Source: Opitutia bacterium (GTDB lineage: Bacteria; Verrucomicrobiota; Verrucomicrobiia; Opitutales; T3Sed10-336). Taken from it: a stretch of 64,000 nucleotides of DNA. The stretch is taken from positions 11,656 through 75,655 of the forward strand of contig PWMU01000050.1 of assembly GCA_003558065.1 (NCBI GenBank), read 5' to 3'. Below are positions 39,540 through 50,764 of this stretch, piece by piece. The notes under the pieces were generated by a model that saw only the letters and a program-made list of their open reading frames with translations, was not told where the DNA came from and ran no database searches. Position numbers and translations under genes: made by a program. The stretch's first letter is position 1. Every line of letters begins with the position of its first letter.

Positions 39540-40019
39540 ATGAGACTCATTGAAAGAAAGGCACCCAACACGTTGTTTACTCATCGGGATCCGTTCTTCG
39601 ACACTGCTTGGCCCCGTCTGAGCGATTGGAGCCACAGTTTTGACCGCCTGTTCGACTTCGCTTTTGACGACGACTTCTTCGGTTATCGTCCGGAGCGGGC
39701 GGCGGCGACGCGTCCGGCGACCGATCTCCACGAAGACGGGGACAACTATTACGTCCGCATCGACCTTCCCGGCATGGAGAAGGAAGCCATCAATGTCGAA
39801 CTGGAACGGGGCATCTTGACGGTCAGCGGTTCGCGCAAAGGGTTTGCCGATGACGGCACCGAAGAACAATCCTTCGAAGTGCGCCGGAGCATCCGGATCC
39901 CCGAAGCGATCGCCGAAGACGGCGTCAAGGCATCCTATACCGATGGGGTTTTGATGGTTACCTTGCCGAAACGGGAAGAAGCCCGGGCTCGCAAGGTGAT
40001 GATTGAAGAAGGTAAATGA
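39540..40019 (+). CDS. Hsp20/alpha-crystallin small heat-shock protein
   Basis: AAGGAGG at 39526..39532, then ATG 39540. DLHEDGDNYYVRIDLPGMEKEAINVELERGILTVSG...ASYTDGVLMVTLPK. Confidence 0.85.
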   Translation: MRLIERKAPNTLFTHRDPFFDTAWPRLSDWSHSFDRLFDFAFDDDFFGYRPERAAATRPATDLHEDGDNYYVRIDLPGMEKEAINVELERGILTVSGSRKGFADDGTEEQSFEVRRSIRIPEAIAEDGVKASYTDGVLMVTLPKREEARARKVMIEEGK

Positions 40020-40051
40020 AAAATTCCGGCGAAGGAAAGGAGGGATGTGTC

Positions 40052-40456
40052 ATGACCTTTCAGAATACTTTGGTTCCGAAAAGAGATCAGGAGCTGGCTC
40101 GCGGGGGTGATGGCGGCCGGCAGGATACCCGGTTTGCCGTAACGCCGGCTTACGAGATCAAGGAGTCGGACGCTGCTTTCGGCCTCGAGGTTTTCCTCCC
40201 GGGAGTGGCCAAGGACGACCTTGATTTGTCGGTGGAAGGGCGTGAGCTGACATTGTCGGCGAGCCGCGCCTGGCGGAAGCCGGAAAGCTGGAATACCATC
40301 TGGTCGGAGATGGGCCCGTCGGTTTACCGCCTGCACCTGATGCTTCCGGAAGGGCTGCAAGGTGACAACGTCCATGCCGAACTCAAAAACGGCGTGCTTC
40401 GCCTGACCCTGCCGAAGAGCGAATCCGCCCAGCGAAAGAAAATCAAAATCGAATGA
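40052..40456 (+). CDS. Second, divergent Hsp20-family protein
   Basis: AGGAGG 8 nt upstream of ATG 40052. AFGLEVFLPGVAKDDLDLSVEGRELTLSA...VHAELKNGVLRLTLPK. The alternative start at 40016 (ATGA overlap) is not excluded. Confidence 0.75.
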   Translation: MTFQNTLVPKRDQELARGGDGGRQDTRFAVTPAYEIKESDAAFGLEVFLPGVAKDDLDLSVEGRELTLSASRAWRKPESWNTIWSEMGPSVYRLHLMLPEGLQGDNVHAELKNGVLRLTLPKSESAQRKKIKIE

Positions 40457-40496
40457 TTGGTTAGGGAACAGCCCGGCACGTCAGGCGCCGGGCGCG

Positions 40497-40530
40497 AAGC
40501 CGGAGTCGCGTGGCTCCGGCTTTCTTTTAT
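40497..40530 (+). terminator. Rho-independent terminator of the hsp20 pair
   Basis: aagccggag-tcgcgtgg-ctccggctt is a 9-bp stem with an 8-nt loop, followed by tcttttat. Confidence 0.65.
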
Positions 40531-40558
40531 AGGGGGGATTGACGGCTGCGCCGACGGT

Positions 40559-41581
40559 TCAGAAATCAAACTCGTCGATATTGTCCTTATCGAAGATCAA
40601 TGGCGGCCCTGCGATGGTGACGGCGTCCCCGCGCATTTCGAACTCGCCGAATTCCTCGGTCGAGAAAAGGGAACCCTCTGTCGCCTCGAGATTCCCCAGC
40701 GCGAGTTGAACGCCCTTGTAGCCGGAAACATAGCCCACCCGGTAGGGACTCCAGAGGGCGAAGGCCTCGACCGTGCCGTTTTCGACAAAGCGGCGCATTT
40801 GATTGGGGAGCCCGAGGCCGGTTACCTGTACTTCCGGCGCCCGTCCGGCATTCTCCACGGCCCGCGCGGCTGCGTCGATGCCCACGGTCGTCGGGGCGAT
40901 GATTCCCCGCAGGTCGCCGTAGCGGGTGAGCAGGGCTTCCGCCTCGCGCAGACTTTTTTCCGGTTCGTCGTCTCCGTAAACAATGGTCACCAGTTCCATG
41001 TTCTCGTACTTGGGATCTTCCTCCAAAACCTTCTTCATGCCTTCGATCCAGTAATTCTGGTCCGGGGCGTCGGTGGTCGCACTGAGGATCGCAAACTTGC
41101 CCTCGTAATCGATGAGTGATCCGAGCAGTTCAATCTGGCTTTTCCCGGTCAGTTCGAAATCCATCGGCAAAATCGCCCCGTCGCGGTACTCCTCGCTGCC
41201 GGTGATGTCCGAGTTCACCGAAAGCACCTTGATGCCCCGGTCACTTGCCTGCCTGAAAACGCGGTTAAGGGCGTCCGTACTGTTGGGGGATATTGTGATC
41301 ACGTGGACGCCCCGCTGAATCTGTTCGCGCACGTACGGAATCTGTGAGGTCGCGTCCGGCGTGGAGGGGGCGGTGGTCGTGAATTCAAAACCCAACTCCT
41401 CGCTGGCCTGGCGGAAACCCGCGTGGATCGCGTCGAAATACGGGTTTCCCACGTTTTTCGCGATATAGACGATGCGGACGTCCTCCGCCGATTCCGGCGG
41501 CTCAACCTGGCCGAGTTCGCCGCAGGCAGCGAACAAGAGAGTTGCGATGAGAATGACGGAAGCAGTTATTCGTTTCAGCAT
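40559..41581 (-). CDS. Sugar ABC transporter substrate-binding lipoprotein (RbsB/LsrB/RhaS-like)
   Basis: ATG 41581 gives MLKRITASVILIATLLFAACGE (lipobox LFAAC). IVYIAKNVGNPYFDAIHAGF...GIKVLSVNSD is the periplasmic-binding-protein type I pattern. Confidence 0.8.
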   Translation of the reverse strand: MLKRITASVILIATLLFAACGELGQVEPPESAEDVRIVYIAKNVGNPYFDAIHAGFRQASEELGFEFTTTAPSTPDATSQIPYVREQIQRGVHVITISPNSTDALNRVFRQASDRGIKVLSVNSDITGSEEYRDGAILPMDFELTGKSQIELLGSLIDYEGKFAILSATTDAPDQNYWIEGMKKVLEEDPKYENMELVTIVYGDDEPEKSLREAEALLTRYGDLRGIIAPTTVGIDAAARAVENAGRAPEVQVTGLGLPNQMRRFVENGTVEAFALWSPYRVGYVSGYKGVQLALGNLEATEGSLFSTEEFGEFEMRGDAVTIAGPPLIFDKDNIDEFDF

Positions 41582-41699
41582 GGGGAACGGTGAGGGTGAT
41601 GATGGTGGGTGATTCATTCTACCACTAACCTATCGCAACGCGTCTGGCAAGATTTTCACCGGTCGTTTTCCGCCTCTCCGGCACTCGAAGGTTTCGCGC

Positions 41700-42080
41700 T
41701 CAGAGCCGCGGGCGCATCTTCTCGTAGACCTGTTCCGACATCCCGAGGTTCCCCGCCACGCCGTAGCGGATGCGGATGTTGTGGCGGTCGTTGCCCAGGT
41801 TCTTGAGCTTGATGAGCACCAGGTTGTCGCCCGGACCCCGGTAGCGGAGGCTGGCTTCGTGTCCGGTACGCTTCTTATCAGTTTGTGTGTGATCCATCTC
41901 GTTCATCGCCCGGTCGGCGGCCCCGATGAGCCGGTCCATTTCGGAGTAAACCTGGACGTCGTAATTGCCGAATCGATACTGCGCGGTGTCGGTGGCTCCG
42001 GATTCGACCGGGACGGTGGTGCAGCCGGCGGCGAAGGCCGCTGAAAGGACCGCTGCGACAAGAATCAGGCTCGTTTTCAT
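41700..42080 (-). CDS. Small lipoprotein of unknown function
   Basis: MKTSLILVAAVLSAAFAAGCTTV (lipobox). 126 aa. Confidence 0.6.
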   Translation of the reverse strand: MKTSLILVAAVLSAAFAAGCTTVPVESGATDTAQYRFGNYDVQVYSEMDRLIGAADRAMNEMDHTQTDKKRTGHEASLRYRGPGDNLVLIKLKNLGNDRHNIRIRYGVAGNLGMSEQVYEKMRPRL

Positions 42081-42262
42081 ACAAATGAAGGATACCCACC
42101 GTCGGGCTTATGACAACCCTTTTGGAATTGACAGGATCGGGGTGGCGAAAGCACGGTTTCCAGGTTATCCTGCGAATTGAAGCGATCGCCGGGCGTAACG
42201 AATGATCGAACCCGGGCGCCGCACTTTTTTCCGGATGAGCGGAACGGGTCATCCTGTGTTTT

Positions 42263-44890
42263 ATGATGATGCGTGAAAAGAGCGTCGGTCCCAGTGTGTC
42301 CACCGGGGTTCAGGGGCTGGACCAGATCTTGGATGGACTTCGTATCGGCGACAACGTGGTCTGGAGAGTGGAGGCTATCGAGGATTACCGCCGCTTTGTC
42401 GACCCCTTCGTCGCCTCGGCGCTGGCCCATGAGCGCGCCATTGTTTATTTGCGTTTCGGTCGCCACGCGCCCCTCGTTCAACCCGGGCCCAATGTTCGAA
42501 TCGCGAATGTCGACGCGCTCCGCGGTTTCGAATTGTTCACCCGAAACGTTTATCAGTTGATCGCCGATTACGGGAAGGGCGCTTTCTACGTCTGTGATTG
42601 CCTCTCGGATTTGCTCCACGCCTGGGCCACCGATCACATGGTGGGCAATTTTTTCCGCGTCGTGTGTCCGTACCTGTATGAATTGGAAACAGTCGCCTAC
42701 TTCGCTCTCCATCCCCGCAACCACTCTCACATCACCCTGTCGCGTATCCGCGAGACCACCCAGGTTCTGATCGATGTTCACCGGGCGGGGAACGAGGAGC
42801 AGGTTCAGCCGGTGAAGGTCTGGAAACGGCATTCTCCCACCATGTTCCTTCCCCACCGGAGGCGGGGTGAGGAGTTCCAGCCGGTGGTGGACAGCAGCGA
42901 TGCCACCCGTTTGCAGGCGTCATTGGAGGCTGCCCACCGTCAGTACAGCCAGCATCGCCTGCTGGATTATTGGGACCGTTTGTTTCTGACGGCCTCCCAG
43001 GCCGTTGCCGACAACGTGGACGCGCAGAAACAGTCGGAAGTGCGCGACACGATCCTGCACGTCCTGATCAGCCGCGACGAGCGTTTGCTGGGGCTCGCGC
43101 GCCGCTACTTCGGTTTGGAGGAACTGCTGGCCGTGCGCCGGCGCATGATCGGCAGCGGCTATATCGGGGGCAAAGCGATCGGTATGCTGCTGGCCCGCCG
43201 GATCCTGATGTGTGAGGATTCCGGGATCTGGCAGCGGCACCTGGAGCCGCATGATTCCTACTACCTGGGTTCCGATGTCTACTATTCGTACCTGGTTCAC
43301 AACGGTTGGTGGCCGCGGGTCATGCGCCAGCGCACTGATGCGGGTTATTTCAGCGAGGCGCGCACCCTGCGTGAAGCGATGCTGCACGGAGAAATTCCCG
43401 CCGAAGTACGGCCGGAACTGGAGCGCATGCTGGATCATTTCGGGCAGTATCCCATCCTGGTGCGTTCGAGCAGCCTGTTGGAGGACGGCTTTGGCAACGC
43501 CTTCGCCGGCAAGTACGAGAGTGTGTTCTGCGTTAACCAGGGAAGCCCGGAGCAGCGTCTGGATCAGCTCGAAACCGCCATTCGCCGGGTTTATGCGTCG
43601 ACGATGAGCGAGGACGCCCTGGTCTATCGCCGGCAGCGCGGTCTCGCCAGCCGGGAAGAGCCGATGGCCTTGCTGCTTCAGCGGGTGAACGGTCGTTATC
43701 ACGGTCGCTATTACCTGCCGGATGCCGCGGGGGTCGGGGTCTCTCAAAACACCTTTGTCTGGAGCCGGGATATGGATCCCGCGGCGGGAATGCTGCGGCT
43801 GGTCATGGGGCTCGGAACGCGGGCGGTGGATCGCATCGAAGGGGATCATGCCTGTGTGATCGCGCTGGACCTGCCGCATAAGCGTCCGTTTCGCAGCCGG
43901 GACGAAGCATATCGATTCTCCCAGCACCAGGTGGATGTGCTGGATATCGACGATAACCGGCTGGAGTCCGTTCCGGTGAGCACTCTGGTCGCAGCGTCGC
44001 CGGAGCTGCCGATGGAGCAGTTGGGGGAACTCGACCGTGAGGCCACCGAGCGCTCACGGACCCTCGGCAGGAGCGCGCCGGTCTGGCGATTAACGTTCGC
44101 CGGTATACTTCGGCGGAAAAGCTTTGTTTCACTCGCCCGGGCCATGCTGAAGACCCTCGAGACCGCCTATGCGCATCCGGTGGATATCGAGTTTACGGTT
44201 CACCTGGGCGATGAGGGCGAGCCCTCGTTCAACCTTGTCCAATGCCGTCCCCTGGCCCTCCTCGGTCCGGGCCGGCACGTGGCGTTGCCGGACCGTGTTT
44301 CTCCGCGGCAGCTGTTCTTTGCAACCAGGGGTCATTTCATGGGAGGCAGCATGGATCTGCCGGTTGCCCGCGTGATCCGTGTGGACGGAGCCCGTTACAA
44401 TGAGCTGAGCATCGCCCGGAAATACGCCGTCGCCCGGGTCGTGGGGCACCTCAACCGGACGGCGGCCTGCCGGGAGACGTCCCCGACCGTGCTGATCGGG
44501 CCCGGGCGCTGGGGAACCGGCAGCCCGGAGCTAGGAGTGCCCGCGCGGTTCGCTGATATCAGTAACGTGTCCGTACTGGTCGAGGTTGCCGAGATGGGGA
44601 CGGGCATGGTGCCGGAGCTCTCCTTTGGCACCCATTTTTTCCAGGATCTGGTCGAGTCGGGGATCGCCTACGTAGCCTTGTTTCCCGACGACCCGGATAC
44701 AGACTACCGCCTTGATTGGCTGACGGAGGTGGAAACGCGACGGATTGCAGGCGTCGAAGGTGAAGGGACGGACGATCCCGAGGTTGTCGCAACGGTCGCC
44801 CTGTACGAGGTTGCTCCCCTTGGATTGCGCGTCGTTGCCGATGCGCTCGAACAGCGGTTGGTCTGCTGGCAGCCCGGGAAAGGGGAGTGA
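42263..44890 (+). CDS. PEP/pyruvate-binding (PPDK_N ATP-grasp) domain protein with a degenerate KaiC/RecA-like N-terminal domain
   Basis: N-terminus STGVQGLDQILDGLRIGDNVVWRV lacks a P-loop. The centre, GGKAIGMLLARRIL...LVRSSSLLEDGFGNAFAGKYESVF...VDIEFTVHL...FNLVQCRPL, is the PPDK_N family pattern. An extra roughly 200 aa of unknown fold follows at the C-terminus. Confidence 0.7.
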   Translation: MMMREKSVGPSVSTGVQGLDQILDGLRIGDNVVWRVEAIEDYRRFVDPFVASALAHERAIVYLRFGRHAPLVQPGPNVRIANVDALRGFELFTRNVYQLIADYGKGAFYVCDCLSDLLHAWATDHMVGNFFRVVCPYLYELETVAYFALHPRNHSHITLSRIRETTQVLIDVHRAGNEEQVQPVKVWKRHSPTMFLPHRRRGEEFQPVVDSSDATRLQASLEAAHRQYSQHRLLDYWDRLFLTASQAVADNVDAQKQSEVRDTILHVLISRDERLLGLARRYFGLEELLAVRRRMIGSGYIGGKAIGMLLARRILMCEDSGIWQRHLEPHDSYYLGSDVYYSYLVHNGWWPRVMRQRTDAGYFSEARTLREAMLHGEIPAEVRPELERMLDHFGQYPILVRSSSLLEDGFGNAFAGKYESVFCVNQGSPEQRLDQLETAIRRVYASTMSEDALVYRRQRGLASREEPMALLLQRVNGRYHGRYYLPDAAGVGVSQNTFVWSRDMDPAAGMLRLVMGLGTRAVDRIEGDHACVIALDLPHKRPFRSRDEAYRFSQHQVDVLDIDDNRLESVPVSTLVAASPELPMEQLGELDREATERSRTLGRSAPVWRLTFAGILRRKSFVSLARAMLKTLETAYAHPVDIEFTVHLGDEGEPSFNLVQCRPLALLGPGRHVALPDRVSPRQLFFATRGHFMGGSMDLPVARVIRVDGARYNELSIARKYAVARVVGHLNRTAACRETSPTVLIGPGRWGTGSPELGVPARFADISNVSVLVEVAEMGTGMVPELSFGTHFFQDLVESGIAYVALFPDDPDTDYRLDWLTEVETRRIAGVEGEGTDDPEVVATVALYEVAPLGLRVVADALEQRLVCWQPGKGE

Positions 44891-44914
44891 GACGGCCCGG
44901 AACAGAGCCCGGTA

Positions 44915-46225
<1,311 letters not shown>

Positions 46226-46442
46226 TTAGATGGGTTGAAGTTTCTCGTCGAGCCGGGCTGTCATAGTCGGATAGCTTCTTGGTTGGCGGACATCGCGAGC
46301 CTGGATGCCTCGCCAAGTTGAAGTAGGGAAAGTGTCACGAGCGCTCGGCCTTAAGTCAACGGCCATCGATAGCTTGCCGGCGGATTTCCCCGGCAGCCCG
46401 GACGCCGAAAGTTTCTCCGGAGAGGAACTCGAGTGTCTTCGA

Positions 46443-47435
46443 TCACTGCTTTCTCAATTTCTCCATCACATTTCCCAGCGCGACGGCGGCGAGGAGAAGG
46501 ATCCCGATAACAACGAGCTGATTTTCGGAAGGAATGTTGGCCACGCCCATGCCGGAGCGGAGGAAGCCGATGATGAACAGGGCGATGACCACCCCGAAGA
46601 GGGCTCCGCGACCGCCGTAGATGTGGACGCCGCCCAGGACGACGGTCGTGACGACGGCGAGTTCGTGGCCTATGGCCAGGTCGTACCGGGCAACGCCGAG
46701 GCGCGAGACCATCAGCAGAGCGCCCACGCCCATCATGAGACCGGACAGGGCGAAAACGGCAAGTTTTACGCGATCGACGGGGATCCCCGCGTAGCGGGCG
46801 GCGGCTTCGTTGGCGCCGACGGCGTAAACGTACCGGCCGAGGACGGTCTTGTGCAGGAGCAGTCCCAAAACGAGGGCGAGCAGGAGAAAAATAATCAACG
46901 GAAGCGGAACCAGGCCGCCGGCCTTGATGAAATCCGCACCCACGAACCATTCCGGGAATCCGGAAAGGGAGTGGTCGCCCAGGAAAATCTGCGCCACGCC
47001 GCGGTAAAGCGCCAGGGTGCCGAGGGTGACGGCCAGCGAGGGCAGGCCGAGCTTCGCTACCAGCAACCCGTTGAAGAGGCCGAGGAGCGTCCCGAAGGCG
47101 AGCGCGAGCACGATCACCAGTTCCATCGGCAGTCCGAGCTGCACATGGAGCATCGCGGTAACGACCGCGACCAGCGCCAGACCCGAAGCGACCGACAGGT
47201 CGATGTTGCCGCTGATGATGACAAACGTCATGGCCAGCGCCAGGATGCCGATCTCGATGTACAGCGAAGTCGAGTCGAAGATGAAGTAAAGGTCGAGGAA
47301 ATAGGGGGAAAGCAGTGAGCTCACCCCGAAGGCGACTCCCAGGATAAGCAGCGTCAGGCTTTCCGGCCTCCGGCCGATCCATTTGGCGAGACTTCGCCAT
47401 CTTTCATTCCCGGGCGGTGGTTTCAGGTCGTTCAT
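46443..47435 (-). CDS. Sugar ABC transporter permease (RbsC/AraH family)
   Basis: 330 aa and polytopic. VIISGNIDLSVAS and LGDHSLSG-type motifs of the monosaccharide ABC permease family. Confidence 0.8.
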   Translation of the reverse strand: MNDLKPPPGNERWRSLAKWIGRRPESLTLLILGVAFGVSSLLSPYFLDLYFIFDSTSLYIEIGILALAMTFVIISGNIDLSVASGLALVAVVTAMLHVQLGLPMELVIVLALAFGTLLGLFNGLLVAKLGLPSLAVTLGTLALYRGVAQIFLGDHSLSGFPEWFVGADFIKAGGLVPLPLIIFLLLALVLGLLLHKTVLGRYVYAVGANEAAARYAGIPVDRVKLAVFALSGLMMGVGALLMVSRLGVARYDLAIGHELAVVTTVVLGGVHIYGGRGALFGVVIALFIIGFLRSGMGVANIPSENQLVVIGILLLAAVALGNVMEKLRKQ

Positions 47436-47474
47436 GGGAAAAGAAAAGCGGGGGCAGGTGGCGGAGCCGCTCCG

Positions 47475-48536
47475 TCACGTCATCGTTGCTCCTTCCTTGT
47501 GTTTGCGCAACCTGCGATGGAGGATTGCGTCCAGGGAAACCGCCAGGAGAATGGTCAACCCGTACAGGGCGGTCTGCCAGGAGGCGGAGATTCCGAGCAC
47601 GGCGAGGGCGATATGGATGACCCCGATCAGGAGGCAGCCCAGGAGGGTTCCCTGCACGGTTCCGGATCCTCCGAAAACGTTAGCGCCGCCGATGATGGCG
47701 GCGGAGATCACGATCAATTCGAAATTGACCCCCGTGTTGCCGGGGTTCACGTACCCGAACCGCGAGGCGTACAGGATGCCGGCCAGCCCTGCGGCCGCGC
47801 CGCAGAGGGTGAAGACCAGGAATACGTTGAACTTGACCGGAATGCCCCGGAGCGCCGCGGCTTCCGGGTTGCTGCCGATCGCGTAGATCTCGCGGCCGGT
47901 TTCGGTGTACCGGAGAAGCAGGTACGTGAGCAGGACAACGGCCACCGCGAGGAGAATAATCCAGGGGATGCCGAATACAGGAGAAGTGCGGGACAGGGCG
48001 ATCAATTCCACCGGCAGGTCGCCTCCGCTGACCTGGCTTCCCCCGCTCACGATAAACACCAGGCCGCGGTAGATGCTCATTGTGGCCAGGGTGACGATGA
48101 TCGCCGGGATGCCGGCCCACGCGACCAGCACGCCGTTGATCGCCCCGAGGACGGTCCCGATCAGAACCGCCAGGATCGCCGCCGCCCAGATAGGAAAATC
48201 CGGGTGATGCACGAACAGGTACCCGACAATGATGGCGCTGAGGGCGAGGGAGGAACCGACCGACAGGTCGATGTTCCGGCTGACGATGACCATCATCTGT
48301 CCCATTGCCACGATCGTGATCAGGGGAATGTAGAGGAGGATGTTGCGGAGATTGGAGGGATCGAGAAAGCGCGGGTCGATCAGTGTCGCGACTCCCACGA
48401 TCAGGAGCACAAACACGGCGATGCCCAGTTCACGGAAACGCAGCACGGTGGCGGCAACAAAACGGCCGCCGCCGCCTGGCTGGCGGCTGGCAAGCGGCTC
48501 CGGGGCCGTGGAGGTTCTTCTTGAATCCGGGGTCAC
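47475..48536 (-). CDS. Sugar ABC transporter permease (RbsC/AraH family)
   Basis: 353 aa. MVIVSRNIDLSVGS. 4-nt overlap with the ATPase gene. Confidence 0.8.
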   Translation of the reverse strand: MTPDSRRTSTAPEPLASRQPGGGGRFVAATVLRFRELGIAVFVLLIVGVATLIDPRFLDPSNLRNILLYIPLITIVAMGQMMVIVSRNIDLSVGSSLALSAIIVGYLFVHHPDFPIWAAAILAVLIGTVLGAINGVLVAWAGIPAIIVTLATMSIYRGLVFIVSGGSQVSGGDLPVELIALSRTSPVFGIPWIILLAVAVVLLTYLLLRYTETGREIYAIGSNPEAAALRGIPVKFNVFLVFTLCGAAAGLAGILYASRFGYVNPGNTGVNFELIVISAAIIGGANVFGGSGTVQGTLLGCLLIGVIHIALAVLGISASWQTALYGLTILLAVSLDAILHRRLRKHKEGATMT

Positions 48537-50110
48537 GGGTTGTCGCCGGCGTGTCGGGGTTCGGAGGATTCAGGCGGGGCGCCGGCCGGCGCCCCGGTTG
48601 GCGTTTGTCCGGTCGCCGCCCCCATGACCTTTTCCGCCGTGGCCTCGTCGTGCGTGAAATGACCCGTCAGCCGGCCTTCGCGCATCACCAGGATCCGATC
48701 GCTCAAAGCGAGGATCTCCGGCAGGTCGGACGAGATCAGGAGAATCCCTTTACCCTGCCGGCAGAGTTCTCCCATCAGGCGGTGGACCTCCTGTTTGGCG
48801 CCGACGTCGATTCCCCGCGTCGGTTCGTCGAGGATGAGGATTTCCGGCTCGGTGAGCAGCCATTTGGACAGGACGACCTTTTGCTGGTTTCCTCCCGAGA
48901 GTTCCCGGGTCGGCTGGTCAACGGCACGCAGCTCGATGTCGAGCCGGTCCCGGTAGGTCTCGGCGAGCTCGCGCTCCTTTCCGGGCCTCACCCGGCCCCA
49001 GGGGAAGAGGCGTCGCAGCGCAGCCAGGGTCGTGTTCTGTGTCACCTGGAAAGGCAACACCAGCCCGTGATGCTGCCGGTCCTCCGGCACGCAGGCCAAA
49101 CCCAGACGGATCGCTTCGGCCGGCGTGCGGAGGGCGACGTTCTTTTCCCGTACCCGGATGTTTCCCGTATCGGCAGGACGGATACCAAAAAGCGCATTCG
49201 CCACGTCGGTGCGTCCGGCGCCGACCAACCCGGCCACGCCGACGATTTCCCCGGCCCGGACCTCCAGTGAGATTCCGGCGAAGCGCCCGGTCAGTGACAG
49301 GTTTTGGACCTGAAGCAACGGTTTCCCGGGTTCGGCCCGGGGCCGTGCGAAGAATTTCTCCAGCGGCCGCCCGACCATCATGCCGATAACTTCGTCCGGC
49401 GAGGTGCCTTCCCTGTCCCGGGTCGCTACGAGCTGTCCGTCGCGCAGGATGGTAATCCGGTCGGAAATCTCAAAGACTTCCTCCAGGCGATGGCTGATGA
49501 ATGCAATCGCGGTTCCGCTCCGGCGGAGTTGGCCGACGATGCGGAACAGTTCCCGGGTTTCGTCCGGGGTCAGGGAGGCCGTGGGCTCGTCCATGAGCAG
49601 GACGCGGGCGTTCTGGGAGAGGGCGCCGGCCATTTCCACCATCTGCTGGTCCGCAGTGGAGAGCCCGAACATGCGGGAACGGGGATTCAGTTTGACGCCG
49701 AGGGAATCCAGCAGCCGGCGGGCTTCGCGGTAGCGGCTTTTCCAGTCGATCGGCCGCAGCCGCGACCGCCAGGTGGAGTTGTGGCCGAGGAAAATGTTCT
49801 CGGTCACATCGAGGTCGGGGAAGGTGAGCGGCTCCTGGTGGATCAGGGCGATACCAAGCTCCCGGGCGGCCTGCGGGCTTGGGATGGAGGCAGGGGTTCC
49901 GTCGAGCAGGACCTCTCCCTTTTCCGGCTGGTGAACGCCGCCCAGGATTTTAAGCAAGGTGGATTTCCCGGCTCCGTTCTCTCCGAGTAATGAATGGACC
50001 TCGCCGGTGTTTAACTCGAATTTGACCTCGTCCAGCACACGAACGATCCCGAATGACTTGCAGATACCCCGGGCCCGGAGCAGCGGTGGTTCGGATTTGG
50101 AGGCGGACAT
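48533..50110 (-). CDS. Sugar ABC transporter ATP-binding protein with two nucleotide-binding domains (RbsA/MglA type)
   Basis: [19 protein letters not shown]. The second half has [28 protein letters not shown]. Confidence 0.9.
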   Translation of the reverse strand: MSASKSEPPLLRARGICKSFGIVRVLDEVKFELNTGEVHSLLGENGAGKSTLLKILGGVHQPEKGEVLLDGTPASIPSPQAARELGIALIHQEPLTFPDLDVTENIFLGHNSTWRSRLRPIDWKSRYREARRLLDSLGVKLNPRSRMFGLSTADQQMVEMAGALSQNARVLLMDEPTASLTPDETRELFRIVGQLRRSGTAIAFISHRLEEVFEISDRITILRDGQLVATRDREGTSPDEVIGMMVGRPLEKFFARPRAEPGKPLLQVQNLSLTGRFAGISLEVRAGEIVGVAGLVGAGRTDVANALFGIRPADTGNIRVREKNVALRTPAEAIRLGLACVPEDRQHHGLVLPFQVTQNTTLAALRRLFPWGRVRPGKERELAETYRDRLDIELRAVDQPTRELSGGNQQKVVLSKWLLTEPEILILDEPTRGIDVGAKQEVHRLMGELCRQGKGILLISSDLPEILALSDRILVMREGRLTGHFTHDEATAEKVMGAATGQTPTGAPAGAPPESSEPRHAGDNP

Positions 50111-50304
50111 GAGGCAACCAGGAGAAAAGAATCTTCCCCTTTCCTCAAGCGCAATTGTGGAGCCTTATCATCCGGCACGGCTCCGTGACCGGGCCGAAGA
50201 GGTTTTTTCTTTTGCATCGGCAGGGGGGCCGGGCTAACTTGGCATAAAGTGAAGAAACCCGATTCCGCGGGTTTCTGTGAAACGTAAAACCAAGAGGCAG
50301 AACA

Positions 50305-50736
50305 ATGCAGGAAGTGAAAGAAGGCGACACGGTCAAGGTGCACTACAAGGGAACGCTTGAGGACGGCGCTGTATTCGACGAGTCCAAGGACCGCGGTCCC
50401 CTTGAGTTCAAGGTGGGGGAGCGGAAGGTGATTCCCGGTTTCGAAGACGCGGTGGTCGGAATGAAGGAAGGCGAAACCAAGAAGGAAACGATTCCCAGCG
50501 AGAAGGCCTACGGTCCCCGCCGGGACGAGATGCTTTTGGAGGTGCCCCGCGAGCGGCTTCCGGAAGGAATGGAACCGGAGGTCGGCCAGCAATTACAGGT
50601 AACCACCAACGACGGTCAGCCCGTTCCGGTCCGGATTGCGAAGATTGAAGAGGAGAATGTTGTCCTCGACGCCAACCATCCCCTGGCCGGGAAGGATCTC
50701 GTTTTTGAGATGACTTTGGTGGAGATCGCCTCGTAG
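50305..50736 (+). CDS. slyD: FKBP-type peptidyl-prolyl isomerase, SlyD-like
   Basis: VKVHYKGTLEDGAVFDES...LEFKVGERKVIPGFEDAVVGMKEGE, plus an insert-in-flap region and DANHPLAGKDLVFEMTLVEI. Confidence 0.85.
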   Translation: MQEVKEGDTVKVHYKGTLEDGAVFDESKDRGPLEFKVGERKVIPGFEDAVVGMKEGETKKETIPSEKAYGPRRDEMLLEVPRERLPEGMEPEVGQQLQVTTNDGQPVPVRIAKIEEENVVLDANHPLAGKDLVFEMTLVEIAS

Positions 50737-50764
50737 GCCGGGTCTTTTCTTTTTGGGCGGGGGG

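Noticed and set aside
50254-50275. 8-bp hairpin gaaacccg-attccg-cgggtttc upstream of slyD. On the minus strand it is followed by a T-rich run and looks like a terminator.
   Set aside because: No gene on either strand ends upstream of it, because it sits in a divergent promoter region. It may be a 5'-UTR structure, but I cannot support a function.
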